Of a DNA stretch of 64,000 nucleotides, positions 41,315-53,545 are shown one piece after another. Origin of the DNA: Octopus sinensis (lineage: Eukaryota); NCBI RefSeq assembly GCF_006345805.1, contig NC_043006.1:8494001-8558000 (forward strand), in the 5' to 3' direction. The stretch's first letter is position 1. Each line of letters begins with the position of its first letter. The notes beneath the pieces are model-generated. The model did not search any database, had not been told where the DNA came from, and was given only the letters and a program-made list of their open reading frames with translations. Both the position numbers and the translations under genes were made by a program.

Positions 41315-41535
41315 CAGAATCGTTAGCACGCCGGGCGAAATGTTTAGCGATATTTCGTCTGCCGGTACGTCCTGAGTTCAAATTCCGCCGAGGTCGACTC
41401 TGCCTTTCATCCTTTCGGGGTCGATAAATTAAGCACCAGTTACGCACTGGGGTCGATGTAATCAACTTAATACCTATGTCTGTTCTTGTTTGTCCCCTCT
41501 GTGTTTAGCCCCTTGTGGGTAGTAAAGAAATAGGT
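41315..41535 (+). mobile_element. SINE family A, near-complete and apparently young
   Basis: cagaatcgttagcacgccgggcgaaatg...gagttcaaattccgccgaggtcgac...gccccttgtgggtagtaaagaaataggta. Confidence 0.9.
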
Positions 41536-41953
41536 AGGTATAAACAAACACGATACATAATTATAGAAGATGATGTACTATGTAGATAGCAGCTTATTGT
41601 GATTGTTGCACTTACTGTTGATATCAATGTTGAGGCTGCCCCTTCTACATGATCCAGCAGCGGGTGATGCAGTGTGTATCAAGAAGAGTGCATTAATATG
41701 GAAAATGCAACAGAAGCATGATGTTCAATTGGTTCATATCCTTTACGAAATTATCAGCTTTTGTTTTCTTTCTATTTCAGCATTATGTATGATGAAGTGG
41801 TGCGTGATAGATGTGTCATGTGATTTGCATTTATTTATTCATTTTTATTTTTGATTCTCAATCGTTGAAACCACCGTGACGGATATGAAGTAAACGAAAC
41901 ACAAGCATCATACTTTCTGGAATTCTCTGATACCAGACATATACCTATACACC

Positions 41954-41993
<40 letters not shown>

Positions 41994-42334
41994 CTATATT
42001 TAGATCCTATTTTATTTATGTTTTCCTTAACCTTGATATCTGGTGTCATTTCTATCTTATATCCTATATTTAGGGGACTTGCCAATTTCAAGGTTGACAT
42101 TTTATTCCTATATTTATCAACTATCATTTGTTTTGCACCTCCTATATTTATCGAGCATAATTCTTTACAGGAAATCTTTATTCATAACTTTATACGTATT
42201 TATATAATTTATATATATATATTATATTTATATTTCTTTACATTTCTTCTATATGTTTATGTATGTTTAGTTTTATTCATTATACCCTTAAACATTTTTA
42301 CGCCCATACATGCATGATTTATGTTGATATGCAC

Positions 42335-42443
<109 letters not shown>

Positions 42444-42721
42444 CATAATTCAACTACATTGATTGAATATCTACATTTATATGAAGAATTTGTTTGATTG
42501 CTTATGATTTGCGTTTTCAATTCCCTCTAATCTGTATATTTTCGAATTGGCTCTCTATGAGAACTCCATAAATAGCTCATACTTTCTAAAACATAGTTAA
42601 TATTATATATATATATAAGTTCAGTAAAATTTAGATTCTGTTGAATATGGTACTTTAGTTAAAGGCATCAGAATTTAGTATGGTATTATCCATATAATTC
42701 AAAATGGGGTGATTATAATGA

Positions 42722-42801
42722 TATTCAGAGGTAATACAGTACGATCATTTCATGCGACTCTGGAGTCGCATGGAACGATCGTACTATATTACCTCTGGAT
42801 A
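42722..42801. repeat. ~80-bp near-perfect palindrome/hairpin
   Basis: Arms 42726-42760 and 42763-42797 (35 bp, 3 mismatches), with a 2-nt loop. Confidence 0.92.
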
Positions 42802-43005
42802 ACCTTGTTGCTTAATTTGACTATATATATATATATATATATATATACCTTAATGTATAAGATGTTGTTAATTTATTTGCGTTGAATTATACATACACAG
42901 AAACACACAGACACATACACACAAATATGTACATATGTATATGTATGTACATTAGTTCGTACATCCATACATATATACATGTATATGCATGTAGTGATAC
43001 ATATA

Positions 43006-44201
43006 CAGGGTGCAGTGAATAAATTGTCGTCTAAGTTACGCCAAAAGGAAAATAACTCAGGCATCTCATTTTAACGGATATAATCACCAAGATTACAGAA
43101 AAATATCTTGAAATACTAAAACGTAAATCTATTCAATAAAATCACCATTGGCTTTAACCGCGGCCTCTAGACGACTTTGGAATATCCTGCAACTCTCCTG
43201 GACGGTCTCCTTGTTTAAGTTGGTCAATGCTGCCATAAGTCTTGCGTTCATCTTTGGTGTTACAGGGAGATTTATTGGTATCTCACTCAGCTGCGTCCTA
43301 AAGATAACAATCAAGGGTGTTGCAGTCTGGTGAGTTAGGAACCAGATTTTAGGGGTGATGTGGTCGCAGAAATTATCTAACAGCCATGACTGGGTTCTCC
43401 TGCTTTTGTGGCATGATGCAGAGTCCTGTTGTCAGAAATAGGGTCTTTTTGACCCAAAGCTACACTACTTCCTCCAGGCATTTAATGTAAACCTTTGTGT
43501 TGAGTCTGAGGCTGTGTGGGAAAATGAATGGAGGCAGAGCGTCGACATCACTAGTGATCACTCTAAAATCTATGATGTTGACTGGATGTTTGATTTTTAT
43601 CACTCTCGGTACGTGTTATGGGGACGCAGCAAGTCAACGGTTGTTCTGTGTGTTTCTCGTCTGAGAAAAACTAAAGCATGTTTGGTTGCAGAAGCTTGAG
43701 TTTGTTCAAAAGCTTTGTAGCACAGACTTTCCTCTTGCCCTTGATGGGTTGGATAAAAATTGTCCTTTTCTCATCTTATATGAGGAATACCGAATATCTT
43801 CATGTATACTTAACTGATTTGGAAGGATCGGTGTCAGTCATGGTCTGGATGTTACCAACAAATTAAAGAATTTCTTTCTTATCAGAATGATCAGATTGAG
43901 CTTTCCAAGCTGCTGTACCTTCGTAATCTAACTCTTTCCGAATCCTCTGCGCTGTCCACATATTGATACCAACGAAGACTCTGAAAACGTTTGTATTGGA
44001 TCTTCCAGCGCGAATGCCAAGTAGTACAGCATATCGTTTCCAAATTTCTGGCAGAGTGAATTTCGTCATCATTCTGCCCTTTGCACAGATGGTGCCCAAC
44101 TGACCCTGCTATACTGTGTAGTCGACAAAATCAAAAAACAAACAATGCAGATGCGCGAAATTAAAAGCATTATATGGCAACAATTTACCCATTGCACCCT
44201 A
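43006..44201 (-). mobile_element. Tc1/mariner superfamily transposon, maT (DD37D) type, full length but decayed
   Basis: TIRs CAGGGTGCAGTGAATAAATTGT and (rc) TAGGGTGCAATGGGTAAATTGT with flanking TA. Transposase fragments MTKFTLPEIWKR... and QQDSASCH...W(P)PNSPDCN.LD (37-residue D-D spacing after repairing one frameshift) ...SRLEAAVKANGDFIE*. Confidence 0.88.
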
Positions 44202-44965
44202 TATATTTATATGCACCTGTGTGTCTGTCTATACGTGTGCTTACCGGGATATGTATTATAATTTACCTATACTTCGCTTATTTTCATCGAAACCACTTTT
44301 CGTCATATAAATTGCAAAATATATTACATTGTTGAGTCACTTGGGATACTGAACATGATTTTTCTTATTATATTCGACATAATTATTCATTTTAAACCGG
44401 TAAATGTAATGAAAATTCTCCCATTTATCAAATTCAATTGTCATATGCAAATAACTACAAACATGCTAGCATAGAATATATATCTTATCGCATCTCAATG
44501 TACTTTATGCAGTTATTCAACTTATGAAGATTCTCTCAATTTATTTGTTCGTTCGCCAAAGAAGATTTTGTAAAAAATAATGCATTTAGAATATTTTTGT
44601 ATGAAAAGTAGTGTCAACTAGGAATTGCTTTATGAATGCTGAAAATACTTCGAATGCCATTGTATAACTTTTTACACTGCTGCGCAAAGCTGCAAATAGT
44701 TGATTCACGGCAGAGAAACAACCAAAAACCCTGTAATTAAATTAGTGGTTTAGCATATATTTCAGACGATTAACAAATGCATCTCCGCAGGAGTAAACTC
44801 ACAACCTAGACATTTGCAATCTCTAAGCAAATAGAAGTTGTTGTCCGCCAAACAAAATAGAAACAAGTGAATTAAATAACGTGGAATGCTACAATATTTA
44901 CAATGATAAGAGAAAAAGTGTGTTCGAATACACACAACACAGTTGTTATTGCTTAGTTTGCTCAC

Positions 44966-45165
44966 CTCGTCCTCTTCATTTTCTGGAGGACTTCCTGGAC
45001 CGGTTTTGGTAAAGTAGTTAACGCCCGCGTATTCGATTAGAGCCGAGAGATTGTAAACAAGGCACATATTGAGAAATATATCAAGGGCTGTGGCATAGGG
45101 AACTCTTGGAAGTCCTTCACGTACAGTCATACCAATTGCTGCTAGACTTAAAATTGTGGTTACTC
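44966..45165 (-). CDS. Internal exon (M2, M2-M3 loop, M3, start of intracellular loop) of a GABA-A/glycine-type Cys-loop ligand-gated ion channel subunit
   Basis: Translates (G)VTTILSLAAIGMTVREGLPRVPYATALDIFLNMCLVYNLSALIEYAGVNYFTKTGPGSPPENEEDE, with the LPxVxYxTAxD and ALxEYAxVNY motifs of the family. Acceptor tctttctcttccattgtag|GA (phase 1, the typical G|VTT junction); donor GAG|gtgagc (phase 0); 200 bp = 2 + 66 codons. Confidence 0.95.
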
Positions 45166-45720
45166 CTACAATGGAAGAGAAAGAATAAAATTATATATAG
45201 TACAGATGTATTTTTAATCATATAGGGAGAAAAATCAGTAGCTGACACTGAAATCGAATACTCAGCGATAGATAGTCCTATATTCTACTGAATCTGTGAA
45301 GTTCCGTTATCTGTCTAATTGTTATCACACAAATATCTGGTGCCAAATTACGTTCCTTCGAATATCCAAATAGACGAGTGATAAGACATTTGCTCAATAA
45401 TCCTGAATTTTGCATGTTTAATCAAATTGAGTGGCACATTGAGGAAATGACAAATGCTGTCGTTTTGGTGAAATTAGTCCAGAAATAGCCATTGCAACTA
45501 TGACTCATTTGATGATTATTATATTAAAAGCAGGCATGTTCAGATAATTAGATCATAATTCAATGGCTATATACATGAGACTTTAGTGTAATACTTCTTA
45601 CCTGATTGATGCTTACACACAAACATATTCTCATTATTGACAATTTAAAATTACCCTTAGTTTAGCAGGAACTATTGTCAAAAGAGAGAATACACGGATA
45701 TATATATATATATATATATA

Positions 45721-45811
<91 letters not shown>

Positions 45812-45819
45812 ATAGATCG

Positions 45820-45990
45820 TTAGCCACTACACACAATTTTTCTCTCCTTGTTTCTCTCATTTTTTTCTGTGTCCCTTTCTGTAGAAGAGCGTGGGCTCGA
45901 AACGTAAATGACTTTTTCAATTCCTGAGCGTTATACTAATACATCTGTTTGTTTTGTACACCACCTGTCTTCGTCTTGTGTTTGTTTCGT
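45820..45990 (+). mobile_element. Penelope-like LTR remnant with degenerate minimal hammerhead (45876-45912)
   Basis: uuu-CUGUAGA-A-GAGC GUGG GCUC-GAAAC-GU-A-aau. Stem II is perfect, helix III is the ACGU palindrome, and the core has A6U. Confidence 0.45.
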
Positions 45991-47418
45991 AAAGTCTCCC
46001 TATATATATATATATATATATACATACGCATGAAGAAATATGGGAACCAACTAGAGAACAATCTAAACAATTATATTATGTATTGCACGATATCATCATG
46101 AATTTTTTTCCTTCTTAATCTAGTTATAGAGAAAGCCTAATTTCTCAAATTATACAAATGAGATGGATACTTTCTGTTTTACAAAGACTGGGAACATAAT
46201 GTTGGTATTTGGGATGAAATCAATGAAAAGTTCCTTATTTTCTTATGCAGGAGAAACTCTACTAACAGGTAATATACGTTTAAATGTTATTGTAATATTC
46301 ATTCAATGTGTTTCCGCCTCAGATGATGTTATACCTCTCATTACTAATTAGGATATCATAAACATACTTCTTATTAACTCTGTTGTATTCTGATCAACAG
46401 AAATATTTTAGCATATATTGTTAGCTTGAGATGCTGTAAATTTAAAATATGTACTGTGATAGGCGAGATAACATACCCATTAAATTCGCTCGTAAACAAA
46501 GTAGATTATTTCTATGTATTTATAACAGACATAGTAATAAGCACAACTTTATGAAATGGAAAGTGACAAGTTTAAATTACCTGTTCTCTATTATAAAGCA
46601 AAGCAATAAACAATCTTTACTAATAACGAGTGATTATAAAATTAATGGTAATTACCAGAGAAATAAAAGCAAAACCAGTTTCAATAATGCATATTCAGAA
46701 GTATTTCGAAATTTTCCTTTGCACTATCAGCTAATTTCCACCAAAGAAAACTTAGAATGAACACGAGTCTTCGAAATTTTCATATATTATACGTAATGTT
46801 ATTATATATGTTCAATCTTCGCTTTCCTCATAAAATTAGAAAAAGAAAAAACCAAAACACTTTCAGTATGAAATTTAATAAAGAAAACAGAGAGACAAGT
46901 CCGGGCTTTTGAATGTTTGAAATAAAATCTAGAAAAAGTAAGTAGCAATTTGGCATATATCATTTTTTTTTATAGATTTTACTGAATTATACATCTTAAT
47001 ATATTTTTTCAATCTTTTCATGTGACAGGAAGCAAGAGTAGAATAAATGTGAAAAGATTGTCTGCTAAAATTCTATGTGGCTAATTTGGATGGAATATAT
47101 ATTCGGGGACGAACAATTTTACTTCACGTTTAGCTTTTCAGTTGCAAATGATGTTTAAGATGATCACAATAGACAGGATTTGCATATTTCAATACATGAA
47201 TACATGTTACTAACGTTACCCACTTGCCTTTCATAATTTTCTTTTAACACAAACGCTCACATACACACATACACACACACATGTACAAACACAGAAGCCC
47301 ATATACATACGCACACATATGTGTGGGTATATTTATATATACATATATACATACACACACACACATATATATATATGTAAAAAAAATATATATACATGTG
47401 TGTATATATATATGTATG

Positions 47419-47476
<58 letters not shown>

Positions 47477-47492
47477 ATGTGTGTGTGTGTGT

Positions 47493-47767
47493 GGAGGCAC
47501 AATGGCTCAGTGGTCAGGGCAGCGCGAACTCGTGGTCGTAGGATCGCGGTCTCGATTCCCAGACCGGGCGTTGTAAGTGTTTATTGAGCGAAAACACCTA
47601 GAGCTCCACGAGCCTACGACAGGGGTGGTGGCAGTCCCTGCTGTACTCTTTTGCCACAAATTCCTCTCACTCTTTCATCTTTTGGCCTGCTCATTTGAAG
47701 GCTAAACAATGCGAAGCTCATTGTGACCGGCGATGTGTAGCAACATCTAATAGCCTGGTCGATCACG

Positions 47768-47772
<5 letters not shown>
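47493..47772 (+). mobile_element. tRNA-derived SINE (head/body B + tail Y)
   Basis: Shares head and body with 11853-12163 but has a different 3' part (…cattgtgaccggcgatgtgtagcaacatctaatagcctggtcgatcac). The tail is also seen reversed at ~17265-17340. Confidence 0.85.
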
Positions 47773-47820
<48 letters not shown>

Positions 47821-48071
47821 ACACACATGTGCAAAGATACAATGAGAATTATATTAGAGAGAAATACATATACGAAAAGAACAAACAAATATAAGGGATG
47901 GAGGGCTAAGTGTGTTTTTGTATAGATGGAAAAAATCTTGCAAATGGAAAGTGAAACAATCAGACATGTACCCAGGTGCAGATAGGGTGGCCTCATTACA
48001 AAATTCAAGAGAAAGAATTTCTAGTTTCATTTGAATTGCACAGCACAACGGGGAAGGACTCAGGCTTTAAT

Positions 48072-48323
48072 TATAGGGGTGGTGCATAATTTTTGCGGCT
48101 TATTTATCAACAAATTTCATTCAACAAAAAAACAATAGCAACACGTTACAAAAACATCTTTAAATGATTATTCCAGCGCATATTCACCATCTACTTCAGT
48201 TAGTGCTTTCCATTTCTTGACGGTCAGAACATCATTTAAAGATGTTTCTGTTAAATATTGTTCTTGTTTCCGTTGAATAAAATTTGTTAAAAAAAGCCGC
48301 AATAATTATGCGCCCACGCAATA
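48072..48323. mobile_element. Mariner-derived fold-back MITE
   Basis: Ends tataggggtggtgcataatttttgcggctt and aagccgcaataattatgcgcccacgcaata have the mariner TIR pattern with TA. Internal arms are also complementary (aaacatctttaaatgat / atcatttaaagatgttt). Confidence 0.8.
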
Positions 48324-48394
48324 GTTGTTTAAAACTGGCTGCCTACTTTTGATACACTTCGTCTGTAAAGATACCTGTCGTATGCAGATACCAA

Positions 48395-48426
<32 letters not shown>

Positions 48427-48599
48427 ACACACATACTTATCCTTCATGTCATTGGCTCTATACTTTATATATTCATGTATGTGTGCATATATATATGTGT
48501 GCACGTATGCATGCATATATGTGTGTATAAACATATACAAAGTGATATTCCCGGACTAGTTCTGTAACCACCAACACAAGGGCAGTACAAGGAAGCGTG

Positions 48600-48821
48600 C
48601 GCAGTGAGAGTTTCGAATGACATTGCTGTGTTTGTTTCGCAAGTTGTGAAGTTTTTAGTTTTGTGATCAAGTGTATGCTGTAGTCTGCCATGTTGCCATA
48701 GACAGGAAGTTGAGAGAAAGAGTCAACGTTTAAATTTTGCGTCAAACATGGAAAGTCTGCAATAAAGATATTGACCATACTTCGGCAAGCTTACAAAGAA
48801 GAGGCGATGGGTCACACAAAC

Positions 48822-48822
<1 letters not shown>
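48600..48822 (+). mobile_element. Mariner transposase 5' fragment
   Basis: RVN.KFCVKHGKSA...LRQAYKEEAM matches the mariner N-terminal helix-turn-helix region. Confidence 0.6.
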
Positions 48823-48859
<37 letters not shown>

Positions 48860-48860
<1 letters not shown>

Positions 48861-49197
48861 AAGGCGCATGGCTAAGTGGTTAGAGCGTCGAGCTTACGAT
48901 CGAGAAGTTGTGAGCTCGAATCCCAGACAGGACTGCGTGTTGTGTTCTTGAGCAAGACACTTTATTTCACGTTGCTCCAGTTCACTCAGCTGTAGAAATG
49001 AGTTGCGACGTCACAGGTGCCAAGTTGTAACGACCTTTACCTTTCCCTTCGATAACACAGGTGGCGTGTAGAAGTGAGGCCGGTTTGCATGGGCGACTGG
49101 TAGTCTTCCATAAACAACCTTGCCTGGACTTGTGCCTCGGAGGGGAAACTTTCTAGGTGCAATCCCACGGTCAGTGTCGTGACCGAAGTGGGTCTCA
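48860..49197 (+). mobile_element. tRNA-derived CORE-type SINE (tail Z)
   Basis: tRNA-like head ggctaagtggttagagcg...gctcgaatccc, then gtgttcttgagcaagacacttt (CORE-like motif). Confidence 0.85.
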
Positions 49198-50049
49198 GAT
49201 ATATATGTATATGAGTGTGTGTGTGTACATACGTACACACACACACATCGATACATGCATAAGTAAAAGCTATGTATTTCTGATACTATTATATTGCAGC
49301 GAATAGCATGTATGTATCTACGAAAAATATGGAAATGAAAGTATATTTGCGCATGTGTACGTAAGTAGTAAGCATCAAACATTGAAAGAATTTTGAATAT
49401 AATTTGAGCGAGTTTCATTTTCGAGAAATCCTCGTATAATATGTGATGAATATTCGCGATATCGTCTCGATTATGATTATTCCATCTGTTTGAAATGCAT
49501 TTTGGCATGTAAATCTCGAATTCTCTGTTACGAATAAAGGTTCTCGAATATGAAGAAATATGTATATTATGCATGCCCTGTGAGAGCTGGGTGGACTAAC
49601 CGCCGACGCTGCATTCCTCAAACTTCATCTCTACGGACCGTATCGAATGCCTTAGTTTTACTCCTGCATCGTTATAGATGGATAGGTAAATAGATACATA
49701 GATATATAGATTTGTTTCTTTATTAGCTACACAGGGCTGCACACATACAGGAACAGATTACAAAGTAGAGCATTTCTTTTGGGGGATAAAAGAAAAAAGT
49801 GGGGTAGGTTTTCGATCAAAAGAGATCGTAAAAGGGGGGAAAAGACAATAAATAGGGACCGTGTATCACAGAAATGTCACGATGTAAAGTATAAAGTGGA
49901 AGCAGATAAGGTTTATCCGTGGAAAGAAAAGCCTACGGAAAAGACTACGATAACCTCGGCCAATATTGTCACATGTTAACACATTTGTTTGCAAGTATGT
50001 AACCGTCTGTTTTAAATTTTTCTCGGTTCATATGATTATTCTCAAGGTG

Positions 50050-50215
50050 GATTCGTCATTCATACGTGCTATCCTTGCTACATTCACCCATCTTTTTTGA
50101 AACATTCACTAGACAAAATTTGCCTCTCTACTCTCACTTTCCTTTTCAAGTGATACTTGAAGAAGTTGAAGAGAGATTGACCAGAGAGGAGAGTATTTGT
50201 TGATTGATTGTTAGA
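50050..50215 (-). mobile_element. Second Tx1-like LINE 3' fragment related to 26355-27290
   Basis: FKYHLKRKVRVERQILS...RWVNVA aligns with FQFHLKRKLRVEREVLS...MWVKVA. Confidence 0.7.
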
Positions 50216-50593
50216 TACATATATAGATATACAGTCAGAAAAATAGATACAAATTTAGATAGACAGATTGATAGATAGATAGATAGATACACAGAGAAAG
50301 AGAGAGACATGGTGCAATGAGGAAAATACATTCTTATAATAGTAATCTTTTGGTAGATAGTAGTGTCAGGCAACGAGACAAAATGGTGTCCAGTAATGTC
50401 TTCCTAATTTCATCATCAATAATTACCTCGGAATGAATATCCAGACGGCAATTTCATAGAATGACAATTTCATCGTAATGGAGGTAGATCGGGAACCAAA
50501 CGTGATTCAGTTACCTTTTATAGGGTAATTACATCTCATTTTGTCACAATGAAACTAAAATATATTGTGCTTATTCACACACACACATACACG

Positions 50594-50643
<50 letters not shown>

Positions 50644-50829
50644 TGTCTTTGTTTGTGTATGCGCTTGCATATGCCTACATACATGCACACACACGCACAC
50701 AGACACAACACACACATACACACTTGATATTTGCTTCCAAAACTTCTGATTGCATACACATACATATATAGATATATGCATTTCCATAGATAAATATACA
50801 CTGTTTGTGGCATTATATATATATATATA

Positions 50830-51140
50830 TAATACTTATATACATACATACATACATACATACATACATACTTTCATACATATATGCATACATACATTCA
50901 TACATACATTCATACATACATTCATACATACATACATACATACTTTCATACATACATACTTACATACATACATACATACATACTTTCATACATACATACA
51001 TACATATATACATACATACATACTTTCATACATACATACATACTTTCATACATACATACATACATACATACATACATACGTACAACATACATACGTACAA
51101 CATACATACATGCATACATGCATACGTACATGCATATATA
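50830..51140. repeat. (CATA)n array with recurring tactttcata variant (higher-order repeat)
   Basis: The variant unit recurs at multiples of about 20 bp. Confidence 0.85.
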
Positions 51141-51849
51141 AGCTGAGATGGATAGAATACGTGATAGTAAATTACTGAAATTTGCTTTTAGAGATAGAAT
51201 AAAAGTTGGAATATAATAAAAGCTCAAATATTTGCTGATGGAAGACGACGTATTATTAAATTGTGAGACAGAAGAAACGTTTTTAAACGGCAAATTAGAA
51301 AAAAAAATGCTTTTTAAATAAACCAGTATTTGGTGCGGTTTTTTATTCGCTGACGTTGACAAATTCTGTGCATAACTTCAAATCTTTTTGCTGAAATGCA
51401 GAATTTCTACGGTGAATTTTTATTTGTGTATGAAATACTAGCTACTTATTAAGGGAATAAAAATGTATGAGTGGATTTAGCTATGTATTAAATAATCAGG
51501 TAAGATATAAAAATAAGCACGGTGTTTCTATCGACGACTAATTTATAGACAATATATTGAATTGGTGTGTAATTCCTTGGCAACGGAAATATTAGGGTAT
51601 GCTTTGGGTGTTCTGCTTGTCAAGAATATGAATACGCTTGTCAAGAATACACTGTTCGAATATTGTATTCATTCACGTCTTTAGTGTTTTGATAAAGCGA
51701 TACCTTGTTTCGGCTCAACTGGCAGAAATTTCGATACAATAAAAACTAATATAACTGTTGGAGGTCCGTATACAATTTTTATTGTTAAAATTTACGTGCA
51801 ATGAACTGGGTATACGCCTGCAATACACAGGATGTGTTAACAATTCTTT

Positions 51850-52015
51850 TTTGGAGGGCTGTGTTGTAAGAAACCTACTCCCCCCAACCACACTGTGCTG
51901 TGTTCAGTCTCACTGCGTGTTACCTTGGACAAGTGATTTCTACTATGGTCTTGGCTAACCAAAGCCTTGTAAGTGGATATGGTAAATGGAAGTTGAACGT
52001 AGCCCGTCGTATATA
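51850..52015 (+). mobile_element. Degenerate CORE-type SINE
   Basis: gtgttaccttggacaagtgatttctact...aaagccttgtaagtggat CORE-like body. Confidence 0.5.
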
Positions 52016-52248
52016 TATACAGTTGTTGATCATTTTGGCCGCCATGGGTTTTGCAGTAAATCACTAAATCATGCATAACTTTTGTATTATCCTCTCAAAT
52101 TACACCAAAATCACAGACAATACCGACTAATATCGTATTTATTGTCTGTGAAAGTTATAGAATATAAAACAACTTTGATAAAAACTTATACCTACTTTCC
52201 TGGCGAAAACAATGCCGTTCTGAACATTTTAGCCGCAACTGTATATAA

Positions 52249-52280
<32 letters not shown>

Positions 52281-53298
52281 ATGTGTATCTCTGTGTGTGT
52301 GTGTGTATCTATGTCTGTATTTTTGTGTTTGTGTTTGTTCACCCAACGCCCCTTGACAACCGGTATTGATGTATTTACGTCGCCGTCGCCATAACTTAGT
52401 GATTTGTTAAAAGTTACCGATAGACTAAGCATTAGTCTCAGAAAAAAATAGATCCTGGAGTCGACTTGTTCGACTAGAACCATTCAAGTCTTTGACCCAG
52501 GATGGCAGCTGCCAAATGACCGACACAAGTAATAGATAAAATATAAGAAAAATTCGTAATAATATTTAATTATAAAAATATAGTGCGACTTTGAATGGCT
52601 ATGAGGGTCCATTCCAGTAAAGTAGGAATCAAATAGTACCATAGCTAAAAATGGTTGAGAATTACTGCTCTAAATAATTATTCTTATATTTGTATGCGTA
52701 TGAAATACCAATACCGTTTTACTCAATAATGTTAAATATACTGGTTTTTGGTACAGCCGACTCTTTCAAGCGTCAACAATAGAGTGGATTTCGCAAGCAT
52801 TTCGGTGAATTAAGGTTAAATAAGGATATAATTTTGACAGATAAACGTGTTTGAAGAATGCAAAATGCTGAAGACAAAATGGTCGGTGAAAGTATTTAAA
52901 TAATATAAATGATTTTAGAATTCACGAATGGGAACATTCTGTAGTGAACACTTCTCTACAATGATAAAACGTGCAATTAAGATGTAATATGTAGGCACGT
53001 TTATCATATCATTTTCTAGAGCGTGTTAATAGATGTTTCTTACATATGTACGTACATACATGCATACATACATACATACATACATACATACATACATACA
53101 TACATACATGCATACATACATACATACATACATACATACATACACATGTTCACATATATATGTTTTTACATAAGCAAGTATATTTGCGTACGGGGGTGAA
53201 TACATGGGTTTGTTCGTCGTTATGTGAGGGTCCTTAGACTGGGAATGTATTCATATTTATTTTATATGCTTTTATATGTATAACATAATTAACTCAGT

Positions 53299-53545
53299 AG
53301 AGGTGCGTGGCTTAGTGGTTAGGGTGTCAGCATCATAACCGTAAGATTGTGGTTTCGATTCCTGGACCGGGCGACGCGTTGTGTTCTTGAGCAAAACTCT
53401 TCATTTCACGTTGCTCCTGTCCACTCAGCTGGCAGAAATGAGTAACGCTGCGATGGACTGGCGTCCTATCGAGCTTGGGAACTCATACGCCATAGTAACC
53501 GGGAAACCGAGCCCATGAGCCTGGCTAGGCTTTAAAAGGGCACAT
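53299..53545 (+). mobile_element. tRNA-derived CORE-type SINE with tail X
   Basis: Head and CORE as in 48860-49197; tail gctgcgatggactgg...gggaaaccgagcccatgagcctggctagg as in 11853-12163. Confidence 0.87.

Noticed and set aside
44762-44965. Continuation of the ORF past ...EEDE (VSKLSNNNCVV...)
   Set aside because: Begins at a consensus donor GAG|gtgagc and has no family similarity; intronic read-through.
45590-45680. Possible upstream M1 exon ending at a gtaag donor (45598)
   Set aside because: The frame required for phase 1 hits a stop within about 15 codons and shows no M1/PAR similarity.
48860-48935. tRNA gene candidates (also 11853, 47493, 53299, 58700)
   Set aside because: Only A/B-box-like heads without a complete cloverleaf, each fused to SINE bodies.
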